This document shows positions 7,885 to 10,391 of a DNA stretch of 10,391 nucleotides, piece after piece; positions within the stretch are counted from its first letter, which is position 1; each line of letters opens with the position of its first letter. The position numbers and the translations under genes were made by a program. The notes under the pieces are model-generated. The model had not been told where the DNA came from. It did no database searches and saw nothing but the letters and a program-made list of their open reading frames with translations. The DNA is taken from positions 1 to 10,391 of the forward strand of contig JBHLLO010000070.1 of the NCBI GenBank assembly GCA_048885535.1, written 5' to 3'. The DNA comes from Candidatus Hermodarchaeota archaeon (lineage in GTDB: Archaea > Asgardarchaeota > Lokiarchaeia > Sigyniarchaeales > SOKP01).

Positions 7885-10391
7885 ATGAAAAAACTAATAA
7901 AACAATTTCTCATTATAATCATAATTTTATTAACACCATTTAACCATCCAATTATCACTGTATCTTTAAAGAATAATAATCTGGATAATCATGAAATAAA
8001 ACCCCGATCTTCAAACTCAGACATTAGTATTATTACTCCGAAAAATCTAACTTACTTTAAACCGATGTTTGGTTATTATCCTGGGACTAATAGTTTTGAA
8101 CATGATAATGATGGAGAAGAACCAAAATGGTTTGAGACTATTTTCACTGAAGGGGGAACTATAAAGGTAATTCCTACTCTTGGTGATCACTATAAAGTAG
8201 TAGAACTGCATGATACAAGTGATATAAATTATACTTATGTAGCTAAAAACTTGCTTTCATTGCCGACTTTTGGAACAATAGAATATTGGATGAGAACGGA
8301 TGATGCTGAGAAATTATGTGGATTTCATTTAAATGGTGGACTGGTTTTTACCGATCTCATTACTATACGCGGTAAATCAAATATGTTTCAATATTACAAC
8401 GGAACAGCCTGGAATAATATCACAAGTTTCCGAAGTGATATATGGTACAATATAAGAATTGATTTTGAATGTTCAGCTGGAGGGTATCAAGGATTAAGCC
8501 AATATGAGTGGACTATATATGTTAATGGAAAGAATTGGGGTAATTACACATTTACTCATAATAGAAATTATGCAAGCGTTATTATGTTCTATACTGATTA
8601 TTTTTACAATTTATCAAATTATTCTTATTTCCTTGATGCAATTGGCCTCTCTTGGGATGCATCTTATGTCGTTGGAGATGATGTTAATTGTGGAATGTTA
8701 CTCGACTTTCAAGCGCCATCGAATCTTACTTGGATAGGTTATTCATTAGATAGTAATTTAAACCGAACAATTCTAGGATCTTTTGTATTACCATTTCCTA
8801 ATGGAAACGGTCCCCATAAAATCCAAATCTTTGGAACTGATTCCAATGATAAGATTTATCAGTCTAATGAAAGGCATTTTGTGATAAAAAAACCTTCTTT
8901 ACTAATGGTGCATGGCATGGGAGGTGAAGGCTCAACTTATGATTTTTTAGATTTTAGACCCGATTGGAACCGAAATGGTATTAGTGATTATATAGATTAT
9001 TACGGACTTGAAAACATGATAGCATTAGAATCATACTATGACGATAAGACAACAAGACCAGAATTCGACGGAATTGTACATCCTGATAGCTCTATTGAAA
9101 ATATTTCAAGAGCATTAAAGAATTATATCATAAATGAACATTCAAGCGGAATAATTAAAGACAACCTAGATATCATAGCATATTCATTAGGAGGAGTAGT
9201 TGTAAGATATATGATTAAAGAATATTATTATGAACTTAATCAAGAAGGAATTACAATACAACATGCAGGTATTGTTGGTAGCCCAAGTCATGGTGATTGG
9301 GGTGATAATAAGAGTTATCTCAATGTCTCAAAATACTTTAACTTTTGGTATTATAGTTCATCAAAAGATTGCAATGTTCATCTTGAATTGGTTTCAATAA
9401 GTGAGTTTTTAACAGAATTAAACGCAGATGATGAGACACCATATAACATAATTTATAATACATACAGGGGTATTGGAATTCAGGATCCTTTCTATTATGG
9501 ATTTTGGAGTTCTGAAAATTCCACACTAGTTTTTCATCCTGGAATTATTCAAAACATGGAGGATTATAATGAGACTTTAATCAATGAGCTTGTCTTAAAG
9601 CTAGGAACCTATGGAGATCTTTTAGTTCCTACCGGTTCTGTTATGCTTGATGGGGCTCTTAACAATAGAGCTTACCCACTTATGAATCATATAGTATTAT
9701 TAGTGTCACCTGTTATTCTAACCCATATTTTATGGGATCTTAGGTATTATTTATTTCCCAATATAGAGATAGAATTACCTCAGAATATTACTTATAATAA
9801 AGCTACAGCAGGGTACTATCTTGCCACTAACGGTTTTGAACATGATGAGAATGGGTTTAAGCCACAATGGTTTGAGACTATTTTTACAGGGGGAGGAACA
9901 GCACGAGTAATAAATTCTCTTGAGAATCATGACAATATATTGGAACTTTATGACACAAGTCAAATTACTAACACTTATGTAGCTAAAAACTTATTTTCAA
10001 TACCCACTTTCGGAACAATAGAATATTGGATGAGAACTGATGATGCAGAAAAACTATGTGGATTTCACTTAAATGGTGGAGTCCTTACAAATGATCTCGT
10101 TACCATACGCACCAGATTTAATCGATTGCAATATTGGGATGGGGCTATTTGGAATAACATTACAAATATTCAAAGTAATATTTGGTATCATATAAGGATT
10201 GATTTTGAATGTTCAGGCGGAGGATATCAAGGATTAGGTCAATATGAGTGGAGACTCTTTATTGATGGGATAGTACACGGCGATTTCCCTTTTGCCAATA
10301 ACCGTAACTTTGCAAGTGTAATCATGTTTTATACTGATTATCTATTCGGATTATCAGGATATTCCTATTATATTGATGCAATTGGACTCTC
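7885..10391 (+). CDS. Large secreted alpha/beta-hydrolase (lipase/esterase-like) flanked by duplicated beta-sandwich modules; 3' end lies beyond the window
   Basis: Translated by hand: frame +1 is open from ATG 7885 to the window end (835 codons, no stop). N-terminus MKKLIKQFLIIIIILLTP is signal-peptide-like. Motifs: LLMVHG (8899-8916), DIIAYSLGG (Ser at 9184), GSPSHG, SEFLTELN, GDLLVP (Asp at 9616), NH (His at 9688). Confidence 0.93.
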   Translation, partial: MKKLIKQFLIIIIILLTPFNHPIITVSLKNNNLDNHEIKPRSSNSDISIITPKNLTYFKPMFGYYPGTNSFEHDNDGEEPKWFETIFTEGGTIKVIPTLGDHYKVVELHDTSDINYTYVAKNLLSLPTFGTIEYWMRTDDAEKLCGFHLNGGLVFTDLITIRGKSNMFQYYNGTAWNNITSFRSDIWYNIRIDFECSAGGYQGLSQYEWTIYVNGKNWGNYTFTHNRNYASVIMFYTDYFYNLSNYSYFLDAIGLSWDASYVVGDDVNCGMLLDFQAPSNLTWIGYSLDSNLNRTILGSFVLPFPNGNGPHKIQIFGTDSNDKIYQSNERHFVIKKPSLLMVHGMGGEGSTYDFLDFRPDWNRNGISDYIDYYGLENMIALESYYDDKTTRPEFDGIVHPDSSIENISRALKNYIINEHSSGIIKDNLDIIAYSLGGVVVRYMIKEYYYELNQEGITIQHAGIVGSPSHGDWGDNKSYLNVSKYFNFWYYSSSKDCNVHLELVSISEFLTELNADDETPYNIIYNTYRGIGIQDPFYYGFWSSENSTLVFHPGIIQNMEDYNETLINELVLKLGTYGDLLVPTGSVMLDGALNNRAYPLMNHIVLLVSPVILTHILWDLRYYLFPNIEIELPQNITYNKATAGYYLATNGFEHDENGFKPQWFETIFTGGGTARVINSLENHDNILELYDTSQITNTYVAKNLFSIPTFGTIEYWMRTDDAEKLCGFHLNGGVLTNDLVTIRTRFNRLQYWDGAIWNNITNIQSNIWYHIRIDFECSGGGYQGLGQYEWRLFIDGIVHGDFPFANNRNFASVIMFYTDYLFGLSGYSYYIDAIGL
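8020..8651 (+). repeat. Intragenic domain repeat, copy 1 (part alignable within the window)
   Basis: Aligns without gaps to 9760-10391 at offset 1740 nt. Hand count is 131/203 identical aa (~65%) over 8041-8649. 8272-8297 is identical to 10012-10037. Confidence 0.95.
9760..10391 (+). repeat. Intragenic domain repeat, copy 2 (truncated by the window end)
   Basis: Shares PTFGTIEYWMRTDDAEKLCGFHLNGG (26 identical aa), WFETIFT, IRIDFECS and ASVIMFYTDY with copy 1. Confidence 0.95.

Noticed and set aside
8504-8737. 77-aa + strand ORF
   Set aside because: Alternative frame inside the long ORF starting at 7885, which carries all the recognisable motifs.
9338-9526. 62-aa minus-strand ORF
   Set aside because: Antisense shadow of the hydrolase domain.
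9775-9963. 62-aa minus-strand ORF
   Set aside because: Antisense shadow of repeat copy 2.
8020-10391. Repeat pair as a diversity-generating retroelement TR/VR pair
   Set aside because: Both copies are in-frame coding and over 600 nt long. The differences are not adenine-specific, and many are synonymous third-position changes. No reverse transcriptase is present in the window.
1-10391. tRNA/rRNA genes, CRISPR array, IS elements, defence systems
   Set aside because: No GC-rich structured stretch, regularly spaced repeats, terminal inverted repeats, or transposase, integrase or nuclease motifs were seen.

Overview
AT-rich, gene-dense window that looks like Asgard archaeal (most likely Lokiarchaeia) chromosome. 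This is inferred from a Loki-type profilin, an Asgard-style longin-like domain and a Loki-style secreted repeat protein. Left to right: profilin (47-451); a small membrane protein; a Zn-dependent HDAC/AcuC-family deacylase; a 747-aa polytopic membrane protein ending in a longin-like domain; a cyclase/KynB-family metallohydrolase; two membrane proteins; a tail-anchored Zn-ribbon protein; a small coiled-coil protein; and a COMT/YrrM-type O-methyltransferase. The ORF track misses the largest gene, an ORF from ATG 7885 that stays open to the window end (>=835 aa). It encodes a secreted AxSxG-type alpha/beta-hydrolase between two copies of a beta-rich module repeated exactly 1740 nt apart. I found no rRNA, tRNA, CRISPR array or mobile element. 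All family calls come from motif recognition by eye; no database searches were run.
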